Part shown: positions 11,468-25,174 of the stretch, piece after piece
Numbering within the stretch: the stretch's first letter is position 1
Layout: the number at the start of each line of letters is the position of its first letter
Assembly (NCBI RefSeq): GCF_030028105.1
Contig: NC_092385.1
Coordinates: forward strand, 32,082,774-32,146,773
Source of the DNA: Mobula birostris
Lineage: Eukaryota
DNA length: 64,000 nucleotides
Direction of reading: 5' to 3'
Notes under the pieces: model-generated
What the model was told of the DNA's origin: nothing
Databases searched by the model: none
What the model saw: only the letters and a program-made list of their open reading frames with translations
Program-made: the position numbers and the translations under genes

Positions 11468-14400
11468 AAAAGGACGGGTTACACCTGAACCCGAAGGGGA
11501 CCAATATCCTGGCGGGAAGGTTTAATAGAGCTGTTAGGGAGGGTTGAAACTAATTTGGCAGGGGGCTGAGAACTGGAATGATAGAGCGGAGGAGGGGGAA
11601 TACAGAAATAAATCTAAGATAGTGAGCAGTAAAGACGTCAGGAAGGACAGGCAGGTGATGAGGCAAATTTGCAGCCATTGGGATGAGTTGACGTGCAATA
11701 AAGTTGCTGTGCAATCAAAGCAAAAAGTAACAAATACTGGACTTAAGGTGTTATATTTAAATGCACGCAGCATAAGGAATAAGGTGGATGATCTTGTCGA
11801 ACAGCTACAGATTGGCAGGTATGATATTGTGGCCATCACTGAGACATGACTAAAGGATGCATGTCTCTGGGAGCTGAATGTCCAAGGATACACGGTGTAT
11901 CGGAAGGATAGGCAGGTAGCCAGACGGGGTGGCGTGGCTTTCTTGGTAAGAAATGATATTAAATTATTAGAAAGAGGTGACATAGGATTGGAAGGTGCAG
12001 AATCTTTATGGGTTGAGCTAAGAAATAACAGGGGTAAAAGGATCCTGATGGCAGTTATATACAGGCCTCCAAACACCTGCAGTGATGTGGACTACAAATT
12101 ATAACAGGAAATAGAAAAGTCTTGTCAGAAGGGCAGTGTTATGATAATTGTGGGGGATTTTAACATGTGAGTGGATTGGGAAAATCAGGTTGACCCTGGA
12201 TCTCAAGAGAGAGAATTTGTAGAATGTCTATGAGATGGCTTTTTAGAACAGCTTGTTGCTGAGCCCACTGGGGGATCGGCTGTACTGGATTGGGTATTGT
12301 GTAATGAACCAGAGGTGATTAGAGAGATTGAGGTGAAGGAACCCTTAGGAGGCAGTGATCATAACATGATTGAGTTCACTGTGAAATGTGAGAATGAGAA
12401 GCCAAAATCCGATGTGTCGGTATTTCAGTGAAGTAAAGGAAATTACAGTGGCATGAGAGAGGAACTGGCCAAAGTTGACTAGAAAGGGACACTAGCGGGA
12501 AGCACAGCAGAGCAACAGTGGCTGGGGTTTATGCCAGAAGTGAGGAAGGTGCAAGACAGATATATTCCAAAAAAGAAGAAATTTTTGAATGGAAAAAGGA
12601 TGCAACCGTGGCTGACAAGAGAAGTCAAGGCCAAAGTTAAAGCAAAGGGGAGAGCATACAAGGAAGCAAAAATTATTGGGAAGACAGAGGATTGGGAAGT
12701 TTTTAAAAGCTTTCAAAAGAAAACTAAGAAAGTCATTAAGAGGGAGAAGATGAACTATGAAAGGAAGCTAGCAAATAATATCAAAGAGGATACTAAAAGT
12801 TTTTTCAAGTATATAAAGAGTAAAAGACAGGTGAGAATAGATATAGGACCGATAGAAAATGATGCTGGAGAAATTATAATGGGAGATAAGGAGATGGCGG
12901 AGGAACTGAACGAGTATTTTGCATCATTCTTCACTAAGGAAGACATCAGCAGTATACTGGACACTCAAGGGTGGCAGGGAAGAGAAGTGTGCGCAGTCGC
13001 AATTAAGACAGAGAAAGTACTCAGCAAGCTGAATAGTCTAAAGGTAGATAAATCTCCGGAACCAGATGGAATGCACCCTCACGTTCTGAAGGAAGTAGCT
13101 GTGGAGATTTCGGAGGCATTAGCGATGATCTTTCAAAAGACGATAGATTCAGGCATGGTTCCAGAGGACTGGAAGATTGCAAATGTCACTCTGCTATTTA
13201 AGAAGGGGGCAAGGAAGCAAAAAGGAAATTATAGACCTGTTAGCTTGACATCGGTGGTTGGGAAGTTGTTGGAGTCGATTATCAAGGATGAGATTACGGA
13301 GTACCTGGAGGTATATGACAAGATAGGCAGAACTCAGCATGGTTTCCTAAGAGGAAAATCCTGCCTGACAAACCTATTACAATTTTTTTGAAGAAATTAC
13401 AAGTAGGCTAGACAAGGGAGATGCAGTGGATGTTGTATATTTGGATTTTCAGAAGGCCTTTGACAAGGTGCCACACATGAGGCTGCTAAACAAGATAAGA
13501 GCCCCTGGAATTATGGGAAAGTTACATACCTGGATACAGCCTTGGCTGATTGGCAGGAAACAAAGAGTGGGAATAAAGGGATCCTATTCTGGTTGGCTGC
13601 CGGTTACCAGTGGTGTTCCACAGTGGTCTGTGTTGGGGCCACTTCTTTTTACTTTGTACATCAATGATTTGGATTATGGAATACATAGCTTTGTGGCTAA
13701 GTTTGCTGATAATACAAAGATAGGTAGAGGGGCCGGTAGTGCTGAGGAAACAGAGAGTCTGCAGAGAGACTTGGACAGATTGGAAGAATGGGTAAAGAAG
13801 TAGCAAATAAAATATAATGTTGGAAAGTGTATGGTTATGCACTTTGGTAGAAGAAATAAATGGGCAGATTATTATTTCAATGGGGAGAGAATTCAAAGTT
13901 CTGAGATGCAACGGGACTTGGGAGTCCTCGTGCAGGATACCATTAAGGTTAAGCTCCAGGTTGAGTCGGTGGTGAAGAAGGCGAATGCAATGTTGGCATT
14001 CATTTCTAGAGGAAAAGAGTATAGGAGCAGGGATGTGATGTTGAGGCTCTATAAGGCACTGGTAAGACCTCACTTGGAGTACTGCGTGCAGTTTTGGACT
14101 CCTTATTTAAGAAAGGATGTGCTGACGTTGGAGAGGGTTCAGAGAAGATTCACTAGAATGATTCTGGGAATGAGAGGGTTAATATGTGAAGAATGTTTGT
14201 CTGCTCTTGGACTGTATTCCTTGGAGTTTAGAAGAATGAGGGGGGACCTCATAGAAACATTTCGAATGTTGAAAGGCATGGACAGAGTGGATGTGGCAAA
14301 GTTGTTTCCCATGGTGGGGGAGTCTAGTACGAGAGGGCATGACTTAAGGTTTGAAGGGCATCCATTCAGAACAGAGATGTGAAGAAATTTTTTCAGCCAG

Positions 14401-14637
14401 AGGGTGGTGAATCTATGGAATTTGTTGCCACGGGCGGCAGGGTGGAGGTCAAGTCATTGGGTGTATTTAAGGCAGAGATTGATAGGTATCTGAGTAGCCA
14501 GGGCATCAAAGGTTATGGTGAGAAGGCGGGGGAGTGGGACTAAATTGGAGATTGGATCAGCTCATGATAGAATGGCAGAGCAGACTCAATGGGCCAAATG
14601 GCCGACTTCTGCTTCTTTGTTTATGGTCTTATGGTTT
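11468..14637 (+). mobile_element. CR1-clade LINE, 5'-truncated (ORF1 esterase end + decayed ORF2)
   Basis: DGLHLNPKGTNILAGRF (SGNH esterase DxxH); APE motifs LYLNARSIRNK, AITET, YRPP, GDFN and SDH; RT motifs YLDFQKAFDKV, GVPQ.SVLGP and FADNTK; tail (TTATGGTC)n. Confidence 0.95.
11737..14500 (+). pseudogene. CR1 ORF2 (APE endonuclease-reverse transcriptase) with multiple stops and frameshifts
   Basis: Collinear ORF pieces 11544-11849, 11895-12104, 12531-13391, 13426-13803 and 13831-14382. Confidence 0.9.
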
Positions 14638-16759
14638 TACATGAGAGCAATCTATTTACCTTCTCTCAAATGCCTGGGAAATTCTTTACATGCGATCATT
14701 TTCGAGCTCACACTGGAATGCAATAATTGAATCTACATACCTCCAATGATCACACCAGAACCAAGACTTGCAAATAAAAAAAAAATCCTCATGTAACTTT
14801 TGCCCTTGCTGTTGCATCTCAAAATTTTTAAGCTGTAAAAAAATGGAAATAAAACCACAAGTGTCCTGTGCAATGGGCCAAAAATAGCCTCCACTACTGG
14901 GCCCCTAGCACTTGCCCCTAAAATACAGAAGAAATTTATACTTATCACTGAGGGGGGCAAAAAGCAAAAAAAATAAACACTTTTTTAACAATGTAATGTA
15001 ATATAAAACAACTGAGAAATAATTCTCAGGTCATTTACACAATTAAAATTTACACATTTAATCCTCTCCACTCTTATAAGTACGTTCACTGCTCCTGTTT
15101 CCCTGCACCAGATCTAACAAGGCCAAAGTTCAATGCTAAATGCCTCAAAATAACAACTGGAGAATGGCAAAATATTTGTCATTTTTCTTTTGGCTCCACA
15201 TGAAATCTAATGTCAAGGGAAAAGCACAAATTCAGCAAGAGAGACTGGTCACTCAGTATGTACCAAGATAGCAATGAGTTTGTGTTTCCATCTATCGTTA
15301 ATGGGAAGAGTAACCTTATTGCTCTTTATTGTGTTGACAGAATTCCAGATCCATATTTCCATTCAACTAAACAGCAGAGTTTACAAGAAGATCAGATCTG
15401 AATAAGAAATGGCAAAGGCACCAAACATACAAGTATAGACCGGCAGGCAGATATAGTTCCACTTCCCCCACCCACTGGCCAGAGTCAATTCACCAAAGTA
15501 ATATGAGGTATTAAAAACTCCTTACAGATGGCATGAGATGTGAAAGATCTACCCACAAGTGCATCAGTTCTAAATATGTTGCTCCATTTGTCAGTTATTC
15601 AAGAAAGTTTCCATGGTACTTGAACAACGTCATTTGCAGTCTCACAGAGATACTTCATTCATTTCTACATCCTCTTCAAGTGAATTGTTTGAACGGATTT
15701 GCTTGCATTGTCATGTCATGAATGAAATGTGTTTATCATCACAGGAGAAATTTGAAATTTTACTCCATTTAGAAATATTGAACTACCATGGCACCATAAC
15801 AACGTGTACAGATGGATTAAATGCATCGCTACATTCTGATTATAGTAACACAAGTAGAGAAAAGAATGAGTTAAACCATATATATATATAATATGAAATT
15901 CAGAAAAACTAATTTATTTAACCCTCTTAGTTTTCATCAAAATAAAAATGTAATAAATTAACAAAAATTAAGCGGCTAATTTATTTTGAAATTATACCAA
16001 CAATACACTGAATAATTAAAATACTATTCCATATAATAAAAATAAGTATCAAATAATTTCACTTCATTTTTCCATTTCCTGCAAAATTCTTCAATTCAGA
16101 CTTGACCAATGTTAGGTTTTACAAATGGTTATTATAATGTTCATGTTAATTAGCAAACCAAAGAAAAGGCTGCCCCAGTTTGACAAAGTTACTCAGCTAA
16201 AAACACTGGTTTACAACAGCACTACAGTGACCTTCCTGTGTGGCCAAACAATGGACTACTGTTCATCTGTTTATTGGACCTCTCATGTCATCTGCTGAAT
16301 AGATTTGATGCATACTGCAGCACGATACACTGTTCCTTTATCATTTCCCAGAATTTTTGAAAAACTGAGGAAATCTCAATAAACCTGCATTTATTTGTCC
16401 ACATACATTCAGAGTGTAGATTACATTGCAAGAGAATCTTCATGATCTCCGTATCACACAGCAAATCCTTTGACGTGATGACAATTTCTCTTTATGCTAA
16501 TTATGCTTCACCAAGACACGTTACGTCAATAGTTAGCTGGAGATTTTTTTTTAACCTGGAGCTGCACCAACAGCTTCTGGTAAGCTGAGCATGAGCGAAA
16601 GAACGAAATTGACAAATGAAGCATTAAACTGAGGCCACTATAAAATATACCATGACACAAACTGAAGAGATAAGCAGATCTCACCACTATCCAGGGTCTT
16701 TATTTACTTTGCAATCAACATCAAAAAGTTTTTTTGTCCCGATTACTAGCCAATGCTTA

Positions 16760-16895
16760 TTTTGTGGACTTTTGGAGGCTGTTGCCTTTCTCTACAACAA
16801 TCGTAACCTTTCAAAAAGGACTTCACTCATTGCCGAGTGCTTTGGGACCTCCAGAGGTCATGACAGGTATTTTTTTAAAGGCAAGTCTTTTTTTT
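16760..16895 (+). mobile_element. Old L2-type/DeuSINE 3' tail
   Basis: GTGCTTTGGGACCTCCAGAGGTCATGACAGG...GCAAGTCTTTT resembles the L2/SINE3-type 3' end. Confidence 0.45.
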
Positions 16896-18739
16896 TGCCT
16901 TCTTTCATCTACCTGTAGGCTCTGATCTCCTCTGTCACCTCTGTCAAGCAGCCATTCTTCATGCCAAGCCCTGACAGTCTGGGTTAGTGAGTAGCGACAC
17001 TCAGCAAAGCAATCTACTAAAATCTGGAGCATCCTGATATAGGAGTGTGTTTTCCAGGAGGAATAAATGGTCAAGTGTAGGAATCCTACCGATGCACGTT
17101 CTAAATCCTAATGCAAAAGCACCAGACCAGCTTAAACATCAGCCCTGTCCTACTTCTGCCTTCAACTGAGGAAGCAACGATTGCTGGCTGAATTGTGTTA
17201 AATTTGTAATGGCTCAACATCACACAGTGAGGTTCATTAGGCCATTAAGTCATCAATGGATGGTAGCCTACATTAATGATTGTTAGGCTGCACTGGGACT
17301 GCATCCCTGCAAGCCCGATTTTATCACACTGTTCCAAAGGCACCCTGTGGCAAAACGTATCACTGGCCTGCTGTTGTCTGTCTCCTAGCAACCAATTGCA
17401 AATTGGTTGAGGTCACTTGGCGGCATTACCACAGAAGGCTCTTGGTCCACTGAAACATACAGAGGGAGAAAAAGGGAGGAGACACAGGAACTTCATCACC
17501 TTGTTAGCAAAGACAGATGATCTATTTTCATGCTTCAGGTAAATTTGTCTGTGATAAAGGCTGCAAAGCAGTTACTATGAATTTGGCAAATGTGATTAGC
17601 TTGAAGCCAAAGTTCTCTCTATTTTTTTTCTGCAAATAATTAAGCAGAAGACATCCAGCACAGCAGTGCCTCTGGTCCAAGCTGCCAAAATAACTGTTTA
17701 GTAACACAAAAGATGGCAGCAGGCAGACCAAAACCACGGTGACTTTAATCTAATCAATGTACTGACAGCAGCTAACAGCTGGATCCAAATCAGTTCTCAT
17801 CACAACGATCACACTGTTAGGAGATCTAATCAATGCTGCAGCCCTGGATAATTTTGTACAGGTTAATTTCTGTGACAGGAGAGAAATTATTACATTATTC
17901 TTGTTAACTAAAGTCAATAGATCAATTCTTGAGAAGCCTTAGCTGTTGGTTTTAAAAGTCCATGCATTATAAATAAATGGATCAGAAACCCCCATTCCTC
18001 AGAATGCTTAGATGCTCATGAAAATATCTGTTTTAGAGAGATTGTTTATTACTAACAATGGTGTCTTTGACTAAGAAGGGTGCAGAATTATAAGCTGCAA
18101 ATATCAGTGCCTTCTTTCCATCAGACTATTCGAGCTGATGCATATTCACAATGCAAAATAACAAGAGCTGATTTATTTTTTCTTACCATTGTGGATTGCT
18201 TATGCTGTTATCTTCTAAAACTGAAATCATCCTTCAAAGTAGTACATTGTTAACAATGTCTTCCTGGATATTGTGAAATTCCACCCAAAAATGTCATACA
18301 TCTCCCTCGGAGTTAGCACGATCGAAAGGAGAGCATCTTATTTATCAGCAGTACCTTATTTGTTATCCAAATGCCCAGCGCTTCAGTATTCTTTTACCAA
18401 ATTTAAGTTTTTTGAGACTACTTGTAAACATGTTAAATAATAACTTTATTTTAATTTTAGGCAATAGCTTGATTTTATATTATTAGCTACAGATAATAAA
18501 ATTGGTCGCAACTTGGAAAACATACAAGTAAAAATACAGGGCTTTTCTTTGTAGGACAAGCTGAGCGGTCAGCAGATTCTGGCGAGAGGGGATAATTACA
18601 GAGTGACCTCCTTAGGCATCCAGTTTCTATTTTAAATGAGCCTACAGGAATTTATATTGGAAACATGGGCAGAAAATGCATCTAAAACTGAGATTTATAT
18701 TATAAAGTTGTTACCTTATCTAAAATATTAAATTGATAT

Positions 18740-20490
18740 TAAGACCATAAGACCATAATATATAGGACCAGAATTAGGCCTTTTGGCCCATCGAGTCTGC
18801 TCCACCATTTCATCATGGTTGATCCAATTTTCCTCTCAGCCCCAATCTCCTGCCTTCTACTGTATCCCTTCATGCCCTGACCAATCAAGAATCTGTCAAC
18901 CTCTGCCTTAAGTATACATGAAGATGTGGCCTCCACAGCCACCTGTGGCAAAGAAATCCACAGATTCACCACACTCTGGCAAAAGAAATTTCTCCTCATC
19001 TCCATTCTAAAAGGACACCCCTCTATTCTGAGTCTGTGTCTACTAGTCTTAGACTCTCCCACCATAGGAAACATCCTCATCCCATCCATTCTATCAAGGC
19101 CTTTCACCATTGAATAGGTTTCAATGAAGTTACCCCTCATTCTTCTGAATTCTAGATAATGCAGTCCCAGAGAGATATATACGCCAAGGCATTCAATCCT
19201 GGAATCATTTTTGGCAACCTCCTTTCAACCCTCTCCAGTTTCAGTACATCCTTTCTAAGATATGAGGCCCAAACCTACTCACAATACTCCAAGTGAGGCC
19301 TCACCAGTGCTTTATAAAGTCTTGACATTACATCCTTGCTTTTATATTCTCGTCCTCTTGAAATGAATGCTAACATTGCATTCGCCTTCCTCACCACAGA
19401 CTCAACCTGCAGATTAACCTGTAAGGAATCCCGCGCAAGGACTCCCAGATCCTTTTCCACCTCATCTTTTTTGTATTTTCTCTCCGTTTAGAAAATAGTC
19501 AACCATTTATTCTATCAAAGTGCATGTCCAAACACTTCCTGACATTATTCTATCTGCCATTTCTTTGCTCATTCTCCTAATCTGTCTTAAGTCCTTCTGT
19601 AGCTTCTCTCCTTCCTCAGCAAACTTTACAACAAAGTCATCAATTCCATCATCCAAATCATTAACATATAACGTAAAAAGAATCGGTCCCAACATAAACC
19701 CCTGCAGAACACCATTAATTACTGAGAGCCGACCACAAAAAGACTCCCTTTATTCCCACCCTTTGCCTCTTGCCAATCAGCCATTGCTTTACTCATGCTA
19801 GAATCTTTCCTGTAATATCATGGGTTTGTAGCTTGTTAAGCAGTCTCATGTCTGGCACCTTGTCAAAGGCCTTCTGAAAATCAAATCAAGTACACAATAT
19901 CACCCAATTCTCCTTTGTCTATCCTGCTCGTTATTTCTTCAAAGAATTCCAACAGATCTGTCAGGCAAGATTTTTCCTTGATGGAATTATGCTGACTATG
20001 GCTTATTTTATCATGTGCCTCCCAGTACCCTAAGACCTCATCCCTAATAATCGATTCCACCATCTTTCTAACCACTGAGGTCCGACTAACTAGTCTATAG
20101 TTTCCTTTCTTCTGCCCCTCTCCCTTCTTGAAGAATGGAGTGACATCTGCAATTTTCCAGTCTTCAAGAACCATACCAGAACCTAGTGATTCTTGAAAGA
20201 TCATTATTAATGCCTCCACAATCTCTTCAGCCACCTCTTTCAGAACCCTGGGGTGTACACTATGTGGTCCAGGTGACTTATGTACCTTCAAACCTTTCAG
20301 TTTCCCAAGAAACTTCTCTCTGGTAATGGTAGCTTCACACACTTCATAACCCCTGACAACCTGGAATTACTAGTGTCTTTCACAGTGAAGACTGATGCAA
20401 AATACTTATTCAGTTCATCCACCATTTCCTTGTCCTCCATTACTACCTCTCCAGCATAGTTTTCCAATGGTCCGATATCCAGTTTGTCAA
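18740..20490 (-). mobile_element. CR1-clade LINE (RT to 3' end)
   Basis: ORFs with KSPGPHSVHPRVLKE, LGPILFTLYVNDL, LYKALVRPHLEYC and RNFFCQSVVNLW; tail repeat AGACCATA at 18742. Confidence 0.93.
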
Positions 20491-21345
20491 TATGAGAAAA
20501 CAATTTGCTCCCTTCTGGATATCCAAGGGAATGAAAATAGCAGTGTACAGAAAGAAACCATAGCCTCTGTGCAACTGATGCATACCTTTAAGAAGGAGTG
20601 AGAGAAATCAAAGCTTAGCAAACAATAAAAATAGTGCTCCATGACCCTACTTGCTCCAGTCATTTACACACTTCACCAGAGGCTTTTGATGGTTGGCATG
20701 GGTGTTACACAGAATAAAAATTAAGTTATAATTCCATAATCTCACCATTTACACATTACGAACCAGATGGGTAGCAGTTCAGGAGCAAAAGTAATTGGTG
20801 GGCGTACAGCTTCAATTTTGCCATTAACTTTGTAAATGAAGAAAATTCATTGAGAAGCTCAATAATAACACCTGAACATCATGAATGTGAGGAGAGAAAT
20901 GTGTTGTATTTCACATTTTGAATGATGCTTGCATTTGATTTTAAATACTTACAATAAATCAGACACTATTAGCAATGTTCAACACAGATTCTGGCAAAAA
21001 TCACTTTTAGTTACACAAAAGGAGAAATTATGGATTTTGCATTTACAGCAATGTTTTCTTCGCTCCTGAGAAAATAACACTCAATACAAAGTATAATATG
21101 AAAATAAGGACATATAAACTTCCAAGAAAAAATAATGAAATCAAGCCTTTTGCTGGTATTTACTCCATATATTGTGGTGGTATCAAGCCAGGTGATGTTG
21201 GCACTTGTTGTAATCTGTGTTTCAATGCAACATTGCCCCATAAAAGGATTTTCCCTCAGACCAGTAACACACCAGTAAGTAAAAAATTATGATCACCTTG
21301 GAAACCAAGAGAACTACATTCATGCACTGGTGCTGAATTCCAGAA

Positions 21346-21364
21346 TGCTGCCACCTGCTGGTTG
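21346..21364 (-). promoter_or_regulatory. Candidate CTCF binding site
   Basis: Minus strand CAACCAGCAGGTGGCAGCA matches the CTCF core CCASYAGRKGGCRS exactly and lies outside recognisable repeats. Confidence 0.55.
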
Positions 21365-21931
21365 CTTTAATAAACAGATCTTTTCACTTTTGCAGGGAGG
21401 TTTTATCGAAGTGACAATGTTCAGAGGGAAATAAGCTGGAGTCAAATGGTAAACAAACTAAGAACGATAAGAATAACTCATAAAAAGTCAAATATCCTTT
21501 TTCAAATCATTTCAGCACTGGATTGATTTCAAACTCTTAAAATTATTCAACTGCCGAAGTGATCATATTGCTGCTACACTTGGCTTTAGCATCCCTACAA
21601 TAACGAAGAAAACAAAATTCCCCAAACTCATCAGCAATTCTCAGTGGGAAAGAAAACGTCACTTTAAATGCTGGAGAGCATAATCTGTTTTATTTCAAAT
21701 GTGGCCAAATAAGCTGTTAATATTTACCTTTGATGCTCTCAGGTAAGAAATGCTAAAGAGAAGCTGGAGCATTCGGAGTACAAAATTAGGACCAAATACC
21801 GACATGATCCAAGGTGGCTAATATGGCATGGGAAATATTGATCAATTGCACAAACTAATAAGAGATCAAGTTTTAAGCAAATGAAGAGGAAATTAACTAA
21901 TTAATCTCTGTTATATTCTATTATCTGGTAA

Positions 21932-23150
21932 TAAGACCATAAGACCAGAGGAGCAGAATTATTATCTCTCACAACCTCATTCTCCTGCCTTCTCTCCATA
22001 ACCTTTGACACTCCAACTAATCAAGAACCTAATAACCTCTGCTTTAAATATACCCAATGACCTGGCCTCCACAGGCATTTGTCATGAATTCCACAGATTT
22101 ACCACCCTCTAGCTAAAGAAATTCTCCCTCATCTCTGTTCTAAATAGATGTTTTCCCTTATTCTGAGGCAGTGCCATCTGGTCCTAGACTTACCCACTAC
22201 AGGAAACATCCTCTCCACATACAGTCTAGATAGGCCTTTCAATATTCGATAAGTGTCATTCAGATCCCCCTTATTCTTCTAAACTTCAGAGAGTACAGGC
22301 CCAGAGCCATCAAATGCTCCTCATACATTAATCCTTTCATCCTTGCAATTATTCTCATGAACCTGCTCTGGACCTTCTCTAATGTCAGCACATCTTTTCT
22401 TTCTTAAGGGGTCCGAAACTGTTCATAATTCTCTAAGTGCCATCTGACCAGAGTCTTGTAAAGCCTCAGCATTACATCCTTGCTTTTATATTCTAGTCCT
22501 CTCAAAATAAATGCTCACATTACATTTTATTCCATCTGCCACTTCTTTGGCCATTCTCCTAATTTGTCCAAGTTCTTCTTCAGACCTGGCTTTCTCAACA
22601 CTACCTGCCCCTCCACCTACATTCGTATCATCCGCAAACTTGGTCACAAAGTCAATTTCGACATCCAAATCATTGACACATAATGTGAAAAGGAGCAGTC
22701 CCAATATCGAACCCTGCAGAACACCCCTAGTCACTGACAGCCAGCCAAAAAAGGCCCCCTTCATTTGCACTCCTTGTTTCCTTCCAGTCAGCCTATCTTC
22801 TATCTATCCTGGTATCTTTCCTGTTATACCATGGGCACCTCTCTGGTCAAGCAGCCAATGCTTTGCAACCTGTCAAAGGTCTTCTGAAAATTCAAGTGAA
22901 CAACATCCACTGACTCTCCCTTGTCTATTCTGCGTGTTAATGCGTCAAGGAATTTCAATAGATTTCTCAGGCAAGATTTCCCTTTAAGAAAACCATGCTG
23001 ACTTTGGCCTGTTTTATCATGTGCCTCCAAGTACTCCAAACCTTTATCCTTAATAATGGACTCCAACATCTTCCAGACCACTGAAGTCAGGCTAACTGGC
23101 TTATAATTTCCTTTATTCTGCCACCCTCACTTCTTAAAGTGACATTTACA
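21932..23150 (-). mobile_element. CR1-clade LINE fragment
   Basis: SQHGFLKGKSCL, GVLQGSILGLLLF and KFADDT; tail AAGACCAT repeat. Confidence 0.9.
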
Positions 23151-23299
23151 ATTTGCAATAAAAAAAATACGAAAATCAAATTTCTTAAAATGTAGTTCAT
23201 ATTTTTTATTTCACCACATGGAATTACTTTAGATTACTAGTGGTCATATTTGATGACTTCCCCAACAATGTAAATAAATGTAAAAAGCATGGTCTTATT

Positions 23300-23580
23300 A
23301 AGTTAGTTGCCCCTGGGTAGGAGGCCCATATTCCGTGCACCACTGGTTCTCTTTGGGTTGTGAAGGAATACAAAGTAGGAGTGAAGTTACATGCAACATG
23401 AACTGGGTAGCTTACTTCTTCCTGAAGGATATTAATACATCAGTGTATTTCAACCACAATTCAACATTTCATCATTTTTATTGTCCTTTGCCAAACCACA
23501 AATTACCAGATCTATTGAACTCAAATCCATATGTTACTTTGGTCTCTGAGCACATCGGTTCTGGACTGCTAACCCAATCA
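23300..23580 (-). mobile_element. Degenerate LF-SINE-like SINE
   Basis: TTCTTCCTGAAGGATATTAATACATCAG...TTCTGGACTGCTAACCCA resembles the reverse complement of the SINE at 41130-41290. Confidence 0.45.
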
Positions 23581-23696
23581 TTAGATCAAAAAGACTAAAT
23601 GGCTGACATTTTCTTTTAATTTAAATTTGATCAAAGATGGCATTAAAAGAAAATGTTTTTCCCCCCCAAGAGCATTGGAATCGCCATGACAGAAAT

Positions 23697-24470
23697 ATTC
23701 AATACAGCTTAATGTAATTTCCAGTGTACAAGTGTAAAGGAGAACACAGTAACTGTTACTCCAGATCCGATGCAGCACAAAAACACAATAAGATAAGGAA
23801 CATAATGATAAAAGAAACACAATAAATATAAATATATAAGACAGCTTATAATCAGATTGTTTGCTTGTATACATAAATACATAAAGTGACACTAGGTACA
23901 GGAATGTCCGTACGTGAGGTGACTGACAGGAAATGATAAAGTGGTGCTGGTGGGGGATGGGCTGGGATGGAGTCAGTGGGTGGTGTTAATCAGCCTTACT
24001 GCTTGGGGAAAGTAACTGTTCTTGAGTCTGGTTGTCCCGGCGTGGATGCTACCCAGCTTCCTCCCGGATGGAAAGGGAACAAACAGTCCGTGGGGAGGGC
24101 GGGTTGCTGGCCTTTTTCCAGCACCTTTCTGTACATATCACCTTGATGGCGGGTCGTCTGGTGCCAGTAATGGTTTGGACTTTGGGCCGTTATACGGCCT
24201 TCGTGCCCGCCACATTGCAGTTCCCGTACCATGCAGTGATGCAGCATATTAGGATGCTCTCTACTGCACATGTGGAGAAGGTTGTGATTATTACTGTACT
24301 TAGCTCTCTTTAGCCTCCTCAGAAAGTAGAGGCATTGGTGAGCTTTCTTCATTTTGTATGATTGCGTCCTGGGACCATGCGAGGTTGTGTGCAAGATGTG
24401 CACTCCCAGGAGTTTGAAACTAGTTGGTTTCCACTGCTGTGCCACCGACGTACAGAGGGGTGTGAGCGGA
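23697..24470 (-). mobile_element. Rex1/Babar LINE 3' fragment
   Basis: FKLLGVHI and KKAHQCLYFLRRLKRA motifs; 3' UTR shared with 25175-25300. Confidence 0.8.
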
Positions 24471-24778
24471 TAGAAAATTACAAGAGGCACAGATAGGTTT
24501 CAGAATCTTTTCTCAGGGTGGAAATGTGAAACATTAGAAGCAGAGCTCCAAGGAAATTTGTGAGGCAAGTTATTTCCCACAGAAGGAGTGGTAGATGTCT
24601 CAAATGCACTGGCAGGGAAGGTGGTAGAGCAGATCTGATAGTAACATTTAAACCGCCAAATGAACACAAAGATATGAGCCACGTGCAGACAGACGGAATT
24701 GGCTTCACTCGGCTTCATGGTCAGAACAGACATGGTTAGTAGAAGGGCCTGTTCCTGTGCTGTACTTCCCTATGTTTC
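24470..24778 (+). mobile_element. CR1-clade LINE 3' fragment
   Basis: AATCTTTTCTCAGGGTGGAAATG...GAAGGGCCTGTTCCTGTGCTGTAC..CTATGTT. Confidence 0.7.
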
Positions 24779-25174
24779 AATCAGACAGACACTGCAGCCA
24801 AATTAACAGGGAGAGGTATCAGAGTAACTCAGAGTAAGCGGCAGTTAAATGGAGCGGAGAATCAAAATATGCCTTCTCACTAATCTGTCTACTACTTGAG
24901 TAAGGACATCAACTAGCTCTTCTGGTTACATCACATATTCAGATTTAGCAGACAGAACGATGAAGTCCTGAGTTTTCTAAGGAAATAGAAGGCCTGAGGA
25001 AAAAATCCTGCTACGTAAAGTGATAACATTAGTTGTTAAGTTTCTGCAGTACTGTGAAAGGGAGTCCATAATTTGTTTTAAGTGAAATGATAAGATCAGG
25101 AGCTTGAATCTAGATTGGAGGGCCACTGCTTTAATATTGCATTATCAACTATCATATGGACTGGGGAGGCTCTA

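Noticed and set aside
11820-13810. Several TGG>TGA/TAG stops suggesting APOBEC-type editing
   Set aside because: Single transitions at Trp and CGA codons are the commonest route to stop codons, and strand bias cannot be shown without the consensus.
12531-14382. Long ORFs as functional genes
   Set aside because: They are pieces of a CR1 ORF2 broken by stops and frameshifts.
14735-14960. Possible hAT transposon remnant
   Set aside because: No TIR pair or TSD could be defined.
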